From the NCBI GenBank assembly GCA_048938025.1, contig JBHLMP010000032.1, forward strand, positions 1 through 42,281: 42,281 bases of DNA, written 5' to 3'. Below are positions 1 to 9,900 of the stretch, one piece after another (the first letter of the stretch is position 1; every line of letters starts with the position of its first letter). The notes below the pieces were generated by a model, which was not told the DNA's origin, did no database searches, and saw only the letters and a list, made by a program, of their open reading frames with translations. The position numbers were made by a program, and so were the translations under genes. The DNA comes from Promethearchaeota archaeon (GTDB lineage: Archaea; Asgardarchaeota; Lokiarchaeia; Sigyniarchaeales; SOKP01).

Positions 1-2
1 AT

Positions 3-458
3 GCTACAACAAAAATTGAAAACTTTATGAGAGCTGTATTTAACTATACTCAGGGTGCACTAAGGGATGTTATTGGAAGTATGGCATTAGATGAAATTCT
101 AACGCAACGAGAAAAAATTTCACAAGAAATTAGAAAAGTAGTAGATGAAGAAACAAGAGACTGGGGTATCGAAATCAGTCAAATTAAAATACAACAAATT
201 GAATTACCTCAGACTATGAAACGTGCCATGGCTGTTGAGGCTGAAAAAGAAAGAGAAAAGCGAGCTTCAATAATTGCCTCAGAAGGTGAACTTGAATCTG
301 CGAAAAATATAGCACAAGCAGCGGAAATGTTATCACAAACTCCAGCTGCAATTCAATTAAGAACATTACAGACAATCCTAGATATTTCACATGAACCATC
401 TCAAAAAATCGTGATTTTTATGCCTACTGATATAGGAAACTTACTTAAAAAACTTTAA
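3..458 (+). CDS. SPFH/stomatin (band 7) family protein, 5'-truncated by the window edge
   Basis: Frame is open from base 3. Stomatin-like motifs LRDVIGSMALDEILTQRE, WGIEI, MKRAMAVEAEKEREKRA and PAAIQLRTLQT. Confidence 0.9.
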   Translation, partial: ATTKIENFMRAVFNYTQGALRDVIGSMALDEILTQREKISQEIRKVVDEETRDWGIEISQIKIQQIELPQTMKRAMAVEAEKEREKRASIIASEGELESAKNIAQAAEMLSQTPAAIQLRTLQTILDISHEPSQKIVIFMPTDIGNLLKKL

Positions 459-519
459 AAAAGAAAAGAACCATTGAAAACAACAAGATAATAATATAAT
501 ATTTTTTTACTTTTTAATT

Positions 520-1380
520 ATGAAAAAAACAGTTATAAATTTAATGAAGGCATTTATTCATGAAGCTCAAACAAAAACTAAATATGAGATTTTTGCTAAA
601 ATTGCTCAAAAAGAGGAGCTTCCTTTAATTTTTGTAAATTTAATAGAAATTACAGAGCGTGTAAAAGAACATGCATACTGGATTTTTACTATGTTAGAAC
701 AATTCAAAAAGGAAGAAATAATTGAAAGTATAATAGTGGAAATCGAAAGCCCTATTACTTATGGTACGACTGAAGGAAATTTAGAATCTGCTGTGAAAGA
801 AATAGAGAATATTGGAGTTCCACTATACCAGAATATTATTAGTATTGCTAATAGTGAAAGATATACTGATATAGCATCTAGATTAGAAGAGATTGCTCAA
901 ATCAAAAGAAATTATCTACAACGCTTTAAAACTCTCTTAAAGTTAATCCAAGATAATATAATATTTCAGAAGAATGAAATTATTGTTTGGAAATGTATGG
1001 AATGTGGATATGAAATAATTATAGACGAATTAGATGACGATTTTAGTTGTCCAATTTGTGGTCATCTTAAATTATACTTTAAAAAAGAAATCTTTGATCT
1101 TACTAAACGGGATCTCTTATTAAAAAGAAAAGAAAAAACAATTTGGATTTGCATGGAATGTGGATTCGAAGTAGTATTAGATGAATTACCAGACAATTGG
1201 AAGTGCCCAGCTTGTAAACGTTCTAAAGAGTATTTTAAGCGAAAACCTATTATAGTAAAAGAAGAAAGAATTTCAAAAAGAGAAAAAGCAACTTGGGTAT
1301 GTTTAGAGTGTGGCAATGAAGAAGAAGTAGATTTACCTTATGAATGGAAATGTTCTGTTTGTGGATACCCTAAAAAATAA
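520..1380 (+). CDS. Rubrerythrin-like protein with three C-terminal rubredoxin-like CxxC...CxxC modules
   Basis: N-terminus (KTVINLMKAFIHEAQ...KY...KEHA, TEGNLESA) resembles rubrerythrin. Three WxCxECG...CxxC modules follow. Confidence 0.8.
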   Translation: MKKTVINLMKAFIHEAQTKTKYEIFAKIAQKEELPLIFVNLIEITERVKEHAYWIFTMLEQFKKEEIIESIIVEIESPITYGTTEGNLESAVKEIENIGVPLYQNIISIANSERYTDIASRLEEIAQIKRNYLQRFKTLLKLIQDNIIFQKNEIIVWKCMECGYEIIIDELDDDFSCPICGHLKLYFKKEIFDLTKRDLLLKRKEKTIWICMECGFEVVLDELPDNWKCPACKRSKEYFKRKPIIVKEERISKREKATWVCLECGNEEEVDLPYEWKCSVCGYPKK

Positions 1381-1388
1381 GCCTTTAA

Positions 1389-2216
1389 TTATTTAAGAAA
1401 TTTTACATGAACTATTTTTGCTGTTTTAAATCTTTCTGCTATTTTTATCATTTTTATAATTTTTTTATTCCAATTTGGATTAATTCCAATTTGTGAAAAC
1501 ATAGTATACCAATTAATCACTTTAATTTTATCTGACCATTCTGCCATTTTTTTAACAGGGTCACCAATGCCTATATGCCAAAAAGGAGTTTCTGCTCCTC
1601 TTTTTTTTGCCCTTTTGTGAGCCACTTTAATAGCCAAATTTGATATACAATCAAATACTAATTCTCCATCGAAAAATTTATCGGTTAAAGCTCTAAAGAA
1701 CGCTGAAATCTCACTTTCCTTGAAATAATAAATAAATCCTCCAGCAATTAAGAATAACCCCTTGTTATTATTAAAATCTATTTCATCAAACCAAGAATAA
1801 TCAAGGGCAGACTTTGAAATATATCTACATCCTTTTGGTTCTGGAATGAATTTCCTACGAAATTTAATAACATCAGGTAAATCTAAATCATACCAATTAA
1901 TTTTTCCATTATCTACTCGAAAAAACGTAGTATCTAAACCTGCTCCAATATTTATTATAGTTGCATTTGGATATCTTTCTATATATTTTTTTAGTTCATT
2001 GTCAAAATTTCTTGCTCTAACTAAAAGACCAATTCCTCGCCATTCTCCAAGGTATTCTTGTACTTTTGAAAAATCATAATTCATTCTTTCGATTATTTCA
2101 ATACTTTTTTGATCGTTTAATATTTTAGGATATAACTTACTAAATTTTGCACGGGCCCATAATGGTCCTAACATTGTTTCTTGAACAGATCCTTCAATTA
2201 GTTTTATTTTCTCCAT
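1389..2216 (-). CDS. Class I SAM-dependent methyltransferase, LCM/TcmP-like family
   Basis: VQETMLGPLWARA, IINIGAGLDTTFFRVDNG and WYDLDLPDVI motifs. Confidence 0.85.
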   Translation of the reverse strand: MEKIKLIEGSVQETMLGPLWARAKFSKLYPKILNDQKSIEIIERMNYDFSKVQEYLGEWRGIGLLVRARNFDNELKKYIERYPNATIINIGAGLDTTFFRVDNGKINWYDLDLPDVIKFRRKFIPEPKGCRYISKSALDYSWFDEIDFNNNKGLFLIAGGFIYYFKESEISAFFRALTDKFFDGELVFDCISNLAIKVAHKRAKKRGAETPFWHIGIGDPVKKMAEWSDKIKVINWYTMFSQIGINPNWNKKIIKMIKIAERFKTAKIVHVKFLK

Positions 2217-2246
2217 GATTAATAATCAATTAATTTTAATTTATCA

Positions 2247-3062
2247 TTAACTTTTTGAAAATCCTCCATGATGAAATTCAATACTATAATTAAGCTTCAT
2301 TTTTTCGCAATACTGTTTAATCTTTGCCTCAATGATATCCCAGAGACTGCGATCTTTTTGTATTTCTTTATATTTTGAAATTAAATTTGGATAATTTTCC
2401 TTAATCATTCTTATAATTCTTGGAATATTATGAGGTCTGAAATTCAGATTTTCAAAGCTATACTGATCTGTATAATCTAAAGTCTGTTCAATAATCGCTT
2501 TGAAATCAGTAATTTCTGGAAAAAATGGTGAAATAAAGGTATAAGTTTGGATTCCCGCCTCAGAAATTTCTTTAATAGCTTCTAATCGTTCTGTAGGTTT
2601 AGAAGCCGCTCGTTCGATTGTTCTTGCAAAATCATCATTTAATGTGCTAATTGAAATACCAACTTTGATATTTTTAAATTTCTTAAATAAATCAATATCT
2701 CTGACAACTAATTTTGATTTTGTCAGAATTGAGATTTCAGCGCTAGTTCCAACAAGATTTTCTAATATTTTTCGTGTATTTTGATATTTTTTTTCTAAGG
2801 GTATATATGGATCTGTTACCGAACTTAGCAAAATCCTCTTACCATTATACTTCTGTGGTTTTATTCGATTCATATTAAATTTTTTAACATCTAAAAACTG
2901 TCCCCATTTATCCCCTTTATGACCGGTAAATCTGATCATAAATTCAGCATAACAATAAATACAACCATGTTGGCAACCAATATAAGGATTTATTACAAAA
3001 TCAATTGAAGGTATATTACTTTTAGTTATAATACTTTTAGCTTCTCGATATTCTACTTTCAT
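2247..3062 (-). CDS. Radical SAM protein, SplB (spore photoproduct lyase)-like family
   Basis: INPYIGCQHGCIYCYA (CxxxCxxC), SSVTDPY and ILTKS motifs. Confidence 0.85.
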   Translation of the reverse strand: MKVEYREAKSIITKSNIPSIDFVINPYIGCQHGCIYCYAEFMIRFTGHKGDKWGQFLDVKKFNMNRIKPQKYNGKRILLSSVTDPYIPLEKKYQNTRKILENLVGTSAEISILTKSKLVVRDIDLFKKFKNIKVGISISTLNDDFARTIERAASKPTERLEAIKEISEAGIQTYTFISPFFPEITDFKAIIEQTLDYTDQYSFENLNFRPHNIPRIIRMIKENYPNLISKYKEIQKDRSLWDIIEAKIKQYCEKMKLNYSIEFHHGGFSKS

Positions 3063-3122
3063 TTTTCTGAAATAAGGAAATTTAGGGTACTGCAGATACT
3101 TTTATGTGAAAATTAAGTAAAT

Positions 3123-3451
3123 AGACGCTTGAGATATATACTCGCCCTTCTGTACTGTTTCCGTCACCGGAGAACAGTTGGAGCATCAAACTAAGCGGCC
3201 TACCTAAAGCTCGCTCCAGAGTACTCATAGCTTTCATTTGGCCTTGCACCAAGGTTTTAGCTCGTTTCAACCATTCCTTCTTACAATTTCTTTAGCTTAT
3301 ATCCAAATCATTAATATCTGTATGAAGGCAGTACCGTTTCAGTAGCTAAAATACGGTTCTCACCGTAGTAGTTCTCTACACCTTGCTTGGAGAGTGGGGC
3401 GAGGTTCCTCAGCAGGTTAAACCTACCGTCAGCTCCATATCTCACTCGTCT
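3123..3451 (-). ncRNA. rnpB: RNase P RNA, archaeal type A-like
   Basis: The minus strand has the conserved regions in order: GAGGAACCUCGCCC, GCUACUGAAACG, UGAAACG, GCUUAGUUUGAUG and ACAGAAGGGCGAGUAU. Helices pair by eye: P1 UGAGAUAU/AUAUCUCA, P2 UGGAGC/GCUCCA, P4 CGCCC/GGGCG, P7 CAAGGU/ACCUUG, P9 UACGGU-GAGA-ACCGUA, P10/11 UUUUAGCU/AGCUAAAA, P15 GGCC/GGCC, P16 AAAGCU/AGCUUU. The stretch is GC-richer than its flanks. Ends are approximate. Confidence 0.95.
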
Positions 3452-3513
3452 TTCTTTTAAAAGGAAAAATAAGTATTTAAATTTTTGTCTAGTAATTTAT
3501 CTTTTAAGACTAA

Positions 3514-4515
3514 TCATAGATGAAATTCTGTTCCTATTACACCAATTACATGAGAAGGGTGCCGAAACATTAATCTATTGAACTCAAAGCCAGTACAATG
3601 CATACCACATGTTATTTCTGGGTTTAATTCTTCAATAAATGATACAATCTCTTCAATACTTTCACTATCATCACGTTCTTTATGAAATCCCCCAATTAGC
3701 GCATATATTTTATCTATTCCTGTTATCTTTTGCCCATGCTTTATGATATTAATAATTCCAGTATGACTACATCCAGTAATAATAACCAAGCCTTTATCTT
3801 TAACATTGATATATAATGCAATCTCTTCTCTATAGGTATGTTTTTCATATTCCAATTTATTTTTTGCTAAATAAAGTCCTTTTGGAAGCTCAGTCTCGTT
3901 AAAAATTTGAATTTCTCCACTTAAAATTGTCCCTTCACATAATTTCTCATGTTTAGTAGTTTCAATTATTTTTACATTGTTTTCAATTGCACGATTGTAA
4001 ACAATATTTCTATTAAGTGGCGTTCTTCTGTAATATTTAACTTTTCCTTCTTTTTTTAGGTTCTTTAATGAAGTACCAAAATCTTTAGAAGAAAGCTCTT
4101 CTCCAGATTTGGTATGTACATAATAAGATTTATTAAAGCAGATTGGACTCAAATAAATCTCACATCCTTCTTTCAATTCAGGAATTATAGGTATCAACCC
4201 TCCATAGTGATCTAGATGTCCATGACTAATAATGATTTTTTCAATTTCACTCAATTTTATTTTAAATTGCTTAAAATTATTTATTATTGTTTGCATAAAA
4301 CCTGCTGTATCGAATAAAAAGAAATGGGTTAAATCATCTTCTAATATTTCAATACTCATTGCTAATCCATGTTCTCCTATTGTGGCAAACGAGTCGTGAC
4401 CCGGTTGGATCACCTTTCCTTGAAATTTCTCGCTATCTGTTAAAGTCATACTTGTATTATTAGCTGATATTACTTTTACTACTAAATTCCCACTTTCAAT
4501 ATTTCCAATATTCAT
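3514..4515 (-). CDS. Metallo-beta-lactamase-fold hydrolase (COG1237-like)
   Basis: GEHGL, LFDTAG, SHGHLDHYGG, ITGCSHTG, IGGFH and MHCTG motifs. Confidence 0.85.
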   Translation of the reverse strand: MNIGNIESGNLVVKVISANNTSMTLTDSEKFQGKVIQPGHDSFATIGEHGLAMSIEILEDDLTHFFLFDTAGFMQTIINNFKQFKIKLSEIEKIIISHGHLDHYGGLIPIIPELKEGCEIYLSPICFNKSYYVHTKSGEELSSKDFGTSLKNLKKEGKVKYYRRTPLNRNIVYNRAIENNVKIIETTKHEKLCEGTILSGEIQIFNETELPKGLYLAKNKLEYEKHTYREEIALYINVKDKGLVIITGCSHTGIINIIKHGQKITGIDKIYALIGGFHKERDDSESIEEIVSFIEELNPEITCGMHCTGFEFNRLMFRHPSHVIGVIGTEFHL

Positions 4516-4581
4516 TATTATATCACTATGAAAATTTCTACTATAAAAGAAAAAAATATGAAAATAAAAAAAAGTAATTAT

Positions 4582-6732
4582 TTAAAATTTTATTAATCCA
4601 GCACCAGTATTAAACAATATAAGAAATCCAAGAAATATAGATGCTGTTAATGACATTACAACTAATAGGGTATTTATACTTGGACCAGCAGTATCCTTAA
4701 AAGGATCACCAACAGTATCACCAGTTATAGATGCTTTATGAACATCAGTTCCCTTTCCTCCAAGATTGCCATCTTCAATCCACTTCTTTGCGTTATCCCA
4801 AGAGCCACCAGCATTTGACATAAAGATTGCGAATACAAATCCGCTTAAGATAGCTCCCGCTAAAAAGGCACCTAAAGCAGCAACTCCAAATAATATTCCA
4901 ACACCAATTGGAATGGCAATAGCTATAATACTTGGAAAAATAAGTTCCTTTAATGCGCCTTTAGTTGCTATAGCAATACATCTATTGAAATCTGCAGCTT
5001 CTTCACCGGTTAATATCTTAGGGTTCTCATCAAATTGCCGTCTAATTTCATCAACCATTTTAGCTGCATTTCTTTGTACTGCGAGAACCAGTAAAGCGGA
5101 ATAGAAAGCAGGCACAACTACTCCTATAAATGCTCCGATTAATACATTTACATTAAGTAAATCCATTGCAGCAATAGTACCTGGTTCAATATCATTTGCT
5201 TCAACTGCAAAGGAGAACATTAGAGCAAGTACAGTGAGATTGGCAGCTCCTATTGCAAAACCCTTAGTAATAGCTTTAGCTGTATTTCCAGCAGAATCTA
5301 ATCTATCAGCAGTTCGGATGACATCATCACCTAAATCTCCTTGTTCCGCAATACCTCGAGCATTATCGACAATAGGCCCATATGCATCATTGGAAACAAT
5401 AGTTCCTACAATAGCTAGCATACCTACAGCTGCCATTGCTACTCCAAAAACTCCTCCAAGAAAGTAAGCTATAGCCATTGCAATAACAATGCCAATAGCA
5501 GGAGGAACAACACTAAGTAAACCATAAGAAAATCCACTAAGAATAACTACGGCATCCCCCTCCTGTGCGGATTCTGCAATAGATCTTGTTGGTTTTCTAT
5601 TATCGCTAGTAAAATAATCACTAGTAAATCCGATAACAAGACCACTAAGCAATCCAACTACAACAGAAGCATAAAGTTTCCATAAGAAAAACATCTCATC
5701 CTTATTCAATTCAGATTCAAATATCATAAATAAGGTAAATAATGCAGCAAGACCTCCAAAAACAATTGTAGCTAAATATGTTCCCAAATTTAATAATTTA
5801 CCAGGTTCTTCGCCTTTCATAATTTTAATTAAGTAAATGCAAATCAGAGAAGCTAATAAGCCAACACCGCTTAGAACAACAGGAAATATTACAAAGGTAT
5901 ATCTAGCAGTCTCAGACATCGGTCCCCATATTTGGGAAAATTCTGGAGCTGCAAAAGATAAAGTCGAAGCTAATAACATAGCCGCCACTATTGATGCTAC
6001 ATATGAATCAAAAAGATCGCTTCCCATTCCAGCTATGTCACCTACATTGTCGCCTACATTATCAGCAATAGTAGCTGGATTACGTGGATCATCTTCTGGA
6101 AGGTTATATTCTGCTTTACCTACTAAATCAGCACCTACATCGGCAGTTTTGGTGTATATTCCACCTCCCGCTTTCATAAAAAGGGCAACACTACTGGCAC
6201 CAAAACTGAACCCTAATACTATCATGGGATCTGGAACTATCCAGTATAAAACTGAAAGACCAATTAGAGCTACTCCAACTACCGCAAGACCCATAACTGC
6301 ACCACCGAAAAAAGCAACATCAAAACCTTTTTTGGTGCTTATTGTACACCCTTGTGCAGAACGGGTGTTGGTTTTTACACCTGTCATCATACCTAAATAG
6401 CCAGCCATCATTGATCCAAATGAACCTATGATATAGGCTATCATTTGCTCCCAATTTAAAGCATCAGGAAATAATCTTGTGTAAGTATCACTTTCTTTTA
6501 AAGGAGATGGGAGAAATAGTAAAGCTATTGCTAAAACAACTACAAATATACCTAATACTTTATATTGAACTTTAAGAAAGGTCTTAGCTCCTTTCTCAAT
6601 GTAGCCAGAGACTTCAATCATTCTTTCATTTCCAGGATCTTCCTTCAAGACTAATCTTGCGAAGTATAATGCCATTCCAATTGAGATTACACCAGCAATT
6701 AAAGCAACAATTAAAATTATTGGTACAGCCAT
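4582..6732 (-). CDS. hppA: Membrane-bound ion-translocating pyrophosphatase, probably K+-independent H+-PPase
   Basis: GGGIYTKTADVGADLVGK, EDDPRNPATIADNVGDNVGD and GDTVGDPFKDTAGPS motifs; many TM segments; Lys in GNTAKA. Confidence 0.93.
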   Translation of the reverse strand: MAVPIILIVALIAGVISIGMALYFARLVLKEDPGNERMIEVSGYIEKGAKTFLKVQYKVLGIFVVVLAIALLFLPSPLKESDTYTRLFPDALNWEQMIAYIIGSFGSMMAGYLGMMTGVKTNTRSAQGCTISTKKGFDVAFFGGAVMGLAVVGVALIGLSVLYWIVPDPMIVLGFSFGASSVALFMKAGGGIYTKTADVGADLVGKAEYNLPEDDPRNPATIADNVGDNVGDIAGMGSDLFDSYVASIVAAMLLASTLSFAAPEFSQIWGPMSETARYTFVIFPVVLSGVGLLASLICIYLIKIMKGEEPGKLLNLGTYLATIVFGGLAALFTLFMIFESELNKDEMFFLWKLYASVVVGLLSGLVIGFTSDYFTSDNRKPTRSIAESAQEGDAVVILSGFSYGLLSVVPPAIGIVIAMAIAYFLGGVFGVAMAAVGMLAIVGTIVSNDAYGPIVDNARGIAEQGDLGDDVIRTADRLDSAGNTAKAITKGFAIGAANLTVLALMFSFAVEANDIEPGTIAAMDLLNVNVLIGAFIGVVVPAFYSALLVLAVQRNAAKMVDEIRRQFDENPKILTGEEAADFNRCIAIATKGALKELIFPSIIAIAIPIGVGILFGVAALGAFLAGAILSGFVFAIFMSNAGGSWDNAKKWIEDGNLGGKGTDVHKASITGDTVGDPFKDTAGPSINTLLVVMSLTASIFLGFLILFNTGAGLIKF

Positions 6733-6855
6733 AATTTTTCACTTTTTTATAAATTTTTTAAATCAATTTTTTTAAAATCAATGACATAATAATATCAAAC
6801 AAAATTTCTTAAATCATTAAAATATTTTGAATTTGGGTGAAATTAATTTTCTTAG

Positions 6856-6965
6856 AAAAAGTAAAACATTATAAAGTGAACTGAATGTTTATTAATCATT
6901 CAAAGTAATTAATATTAGACAATAAGGTCGAGATAACACACAATCAATTATATAATTGATCCTAA
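6856..6965 (+). promoter_or_regulatory. Conserved upstream element, copy 1 (TATA-like TTATAAA, 38-bp core, palindrome before ATG)
   Basis: 6884-6921 is identical to 10855-10892. Perfect 18-bp palindrome ATCAATTATATAATTGAT at 6943-6960. Confidence 0.65.
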
Positions 6966-9900
6966 ATGACTTTAAAGGAAAATATAGATTCCCTACTAAA
7001 CAAAGCACTAGATGAAGAAAGAAATTACAATTGGATTGAAGCAGCAGCGTTATATGAAAAAGTTGCTAAGCACTATTTAGATGAAAATCTAGTTGAAAAA
7101 GCTGCTGATTGTTATAAAAGTCTTGGATATAGTCATGCCCGAGGCGCTGATACGGTAGAAACAGCAGAAGATTATTTAAAACAAATAAATTGTGCTATTA
7201 AGGCTTATAGAGATGCAAGCAAGTTCTATAAAGAACTTAGAAATAAATCTGCAGAGCTTGAATGCGAAGCAGAAATATATTTTACAAGTGGATTTCTTGC
7301 AACTTCCGATAGGGAAGGTCAGAAGGCATATCTTGAAGCAATTAAACTTTTTAGGGAATCAAGTGAGATTTATTCTAAAGAAGGTAATAAAGAGAGTTTT
7401 TCGAGATTACTGTGGCATATAGCTTATGCTTCAAACCTACTTATGTCTTATGATATTAGTCAAGAAGAGTATGATCGGATTGCTCAACAAGGAAGTGAAT
7501 CTGCTAAAAAAGCTTGGGAAATCTCAAAACGAATTGGTAATATTCAAATTCTGTCTGATTCATTGTATATAGAACTTATAATTGGTTTCAATTTCTCATC
7601 AGTCAAAGATTTTAAAAAAAATATTAATATTTCGATTGAGGTTACTAAGGAATTCTTAACAAAATGCAACAACGCTATCACAATTATTGGTGACTTAAAT
7701 GATCCTTGGGCGTACAATCTAATTTACGAAGCAATGGGTGTGTGCTATTGCTATTTTGGATACCAATTCGTTGAAGATGAAAGAGAACAAGAGGAATACC
7801 TAAATAAGGGAATAGAATTATTGGAAAAAGGTTTAAATTTTGCCAGAAAAACGAAGAGTAAAATTAATATACTGTTATGTATGTTTTTCTTAGACTATTT
7901 TGCACTTTATAGTGGGAAAATCAATTATCTCCAAAAGAGAATTCTTAATGACATCAAAGACTGTTTAGAATTAGGAAGGATTTATACACATTCTTATAGT
8001 TTTTATCGTTCTATAGGAAATGTAATACCTGCGCTTTATTATACTAATTCTTCACAGAGGAGTTTCTTTACCACCAAACAACGCAAAATCTATGCTGAAA
8101 AAGGGATACACTATGTAAAGGAAGCGATGAGTGCTCCTATTTTCCCTGATATTTTAGCATGGTTATACCAAGGTTTGATATTAGCATATTCTCAACTTAC
8201 TATTCTTGCTGAATCAAAAACAAAACAAGATGAGTATGCCCATATTATGCTTCAAAATGCAATAAAGGCACAAAAATTTGGTTTAAAATATGAAGCAGGA
8301 TTTCCTCAAGCTGGTGGTTATACCAGTCTTTACAAAGCTTATAAAACTCTTGCAGATATTGCTAAAAAGAAAGAAGACAGGATCACCAACCTCAAAAAGG
8401 CAATAGATGCCCAAAAAAGATCAACTGATTATAGTATATTATCTCGGTCTGGGGCTATTACGGAACAAATGAGGCTGGGTCTATTATATGAGGAATTGGG
8501 AATTATAACAGCGGAAAACACTATTTTAAATCAAGCACGGGATATTTTTCTCCACACAATAAAAGAAAGTATCGATAGAAGATACTTTTCTTATGAAGCA
8601 GCAAGTTATCAATACATAGCTCGTATTGAAGATCGATTGGGCAACTATATGCTTTCTGCAGAAAATTATAAGAAAGCTCAGGAAGCATATAGTAAGTCGC
8701 TAAAAATGATAAAATATAAACTACTAAAAAATCGAATCAATGAGAAATTTAATTATGTAAGGGCTTGGAGTTTTATTGAAGAAGCTAAATCATTTCATAT
8801 CCGAGAAAATCACGTACAATCTAAGGAATATTATAAGAAAGCTTACGATATCCTAATAGAATTACCAAGTTATGGGTACGAGGCATCCTATTATTCTGGA
8901 TGGATATCATTAGAAGAAGCAGAACAACTAAGCAAACAAGAAAAACATGAAGTGGCTATAGAAAGCTTTAAAAAAACAGGTGAGATCTTTAAAAAAGCAA
9001 TTGAAATATTAGTGAAATCCTCTCAGCGATTAAGAGAAAAATTTGAAAAAGAAAGAATAAATAAATTTGAAAAAGTAGCTCAAGTACGGGTGAATCATTG
9101 CAAGGCAAGAATAAATCTTGAGGAAGGGAGGATATTAGGAAAAAAAGGTGAACATATTGCAGCAGCAGAAAAATTTGCACTCGCATCTTCTCTATTCAGA
9201 GATATTTGTATTTTATTTAAAATTAAACGAGAACGAGAGGAATTAGAAGCTGTATATTACTTGTGCAGAGCTTGGGAAAATATGGAACTTGCTGAAAATT
9301 ATGAAGATCCTTACCGCTTTTCCGAAGCAGCAAAATTATTTGTTAAAGCCAGTGATCTTTTTACAGATGCTAAATTAAAGTTATTAGCGTCCGGAAATTC
9401 AGCTTTTTGTCAAGCACTTGAATATGGTTGTAAATTTGATGAAAATATTGATATGAACGTTAAAAAAGAATTATACCCAAAAGTCAAGTTAACGCTTAGT
9501 AAAGCCGCTAATTTGTATGAAAAAGGAGGTTTTGAAAGTGGGGCTACCTGGGCTCAAGCAACTTCTATTTATTTTGACGCGGCATGGCACTTAATTAGTG
9601 CCGATGAAGAAACTAGTCTTCAAGAAAAAGGAAAACTATTAGGTATAGGTGCAAGATATCTAAAATCTGCAGTTGAATTATTTGGAAAAGCGGGATATAA
9701 AGAAAAGGAGAAAGAAGTTCAAGATAGGTTGAATAGAGTTGAGAAAGAAGAATCAATTCTTTTTTCTGCTTTAAGCACTATAAAAGAACCCTCAATTTCC
9801 CGAAGCACTATGGGAATATATGCTCCTTCTTGTCCACTTGAGAGTAGTCAATCTCCTAGATTAAGTGAAGCTCGTCAGTTCAGTGATGAAGAAAAACGTG

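Noticed and set aside
3082-3581. ORFs 3082-3270 (-) and 3387-3581 (+)
   Set aside because: They overlap the RNase P RNA and the MBL gene end, have no protein motifs, and are by-products of the GC-richer RNA sequence.
4766-6400. Antisense ORFs inside hppA, and similar shadow ORFs inside other genes
   Set aside because: They lie opposite or out of frame within well-supported genes and have no independent motifs.
6966-7400. Alpha-SNAP-like appearance of the N-terminal repeats (EAAALYEKVA, KAADCYKSLG)
   Set aside because: This is a generic TPR-like pattern; a specific SNAP relationship cannot be supported without a profile search.
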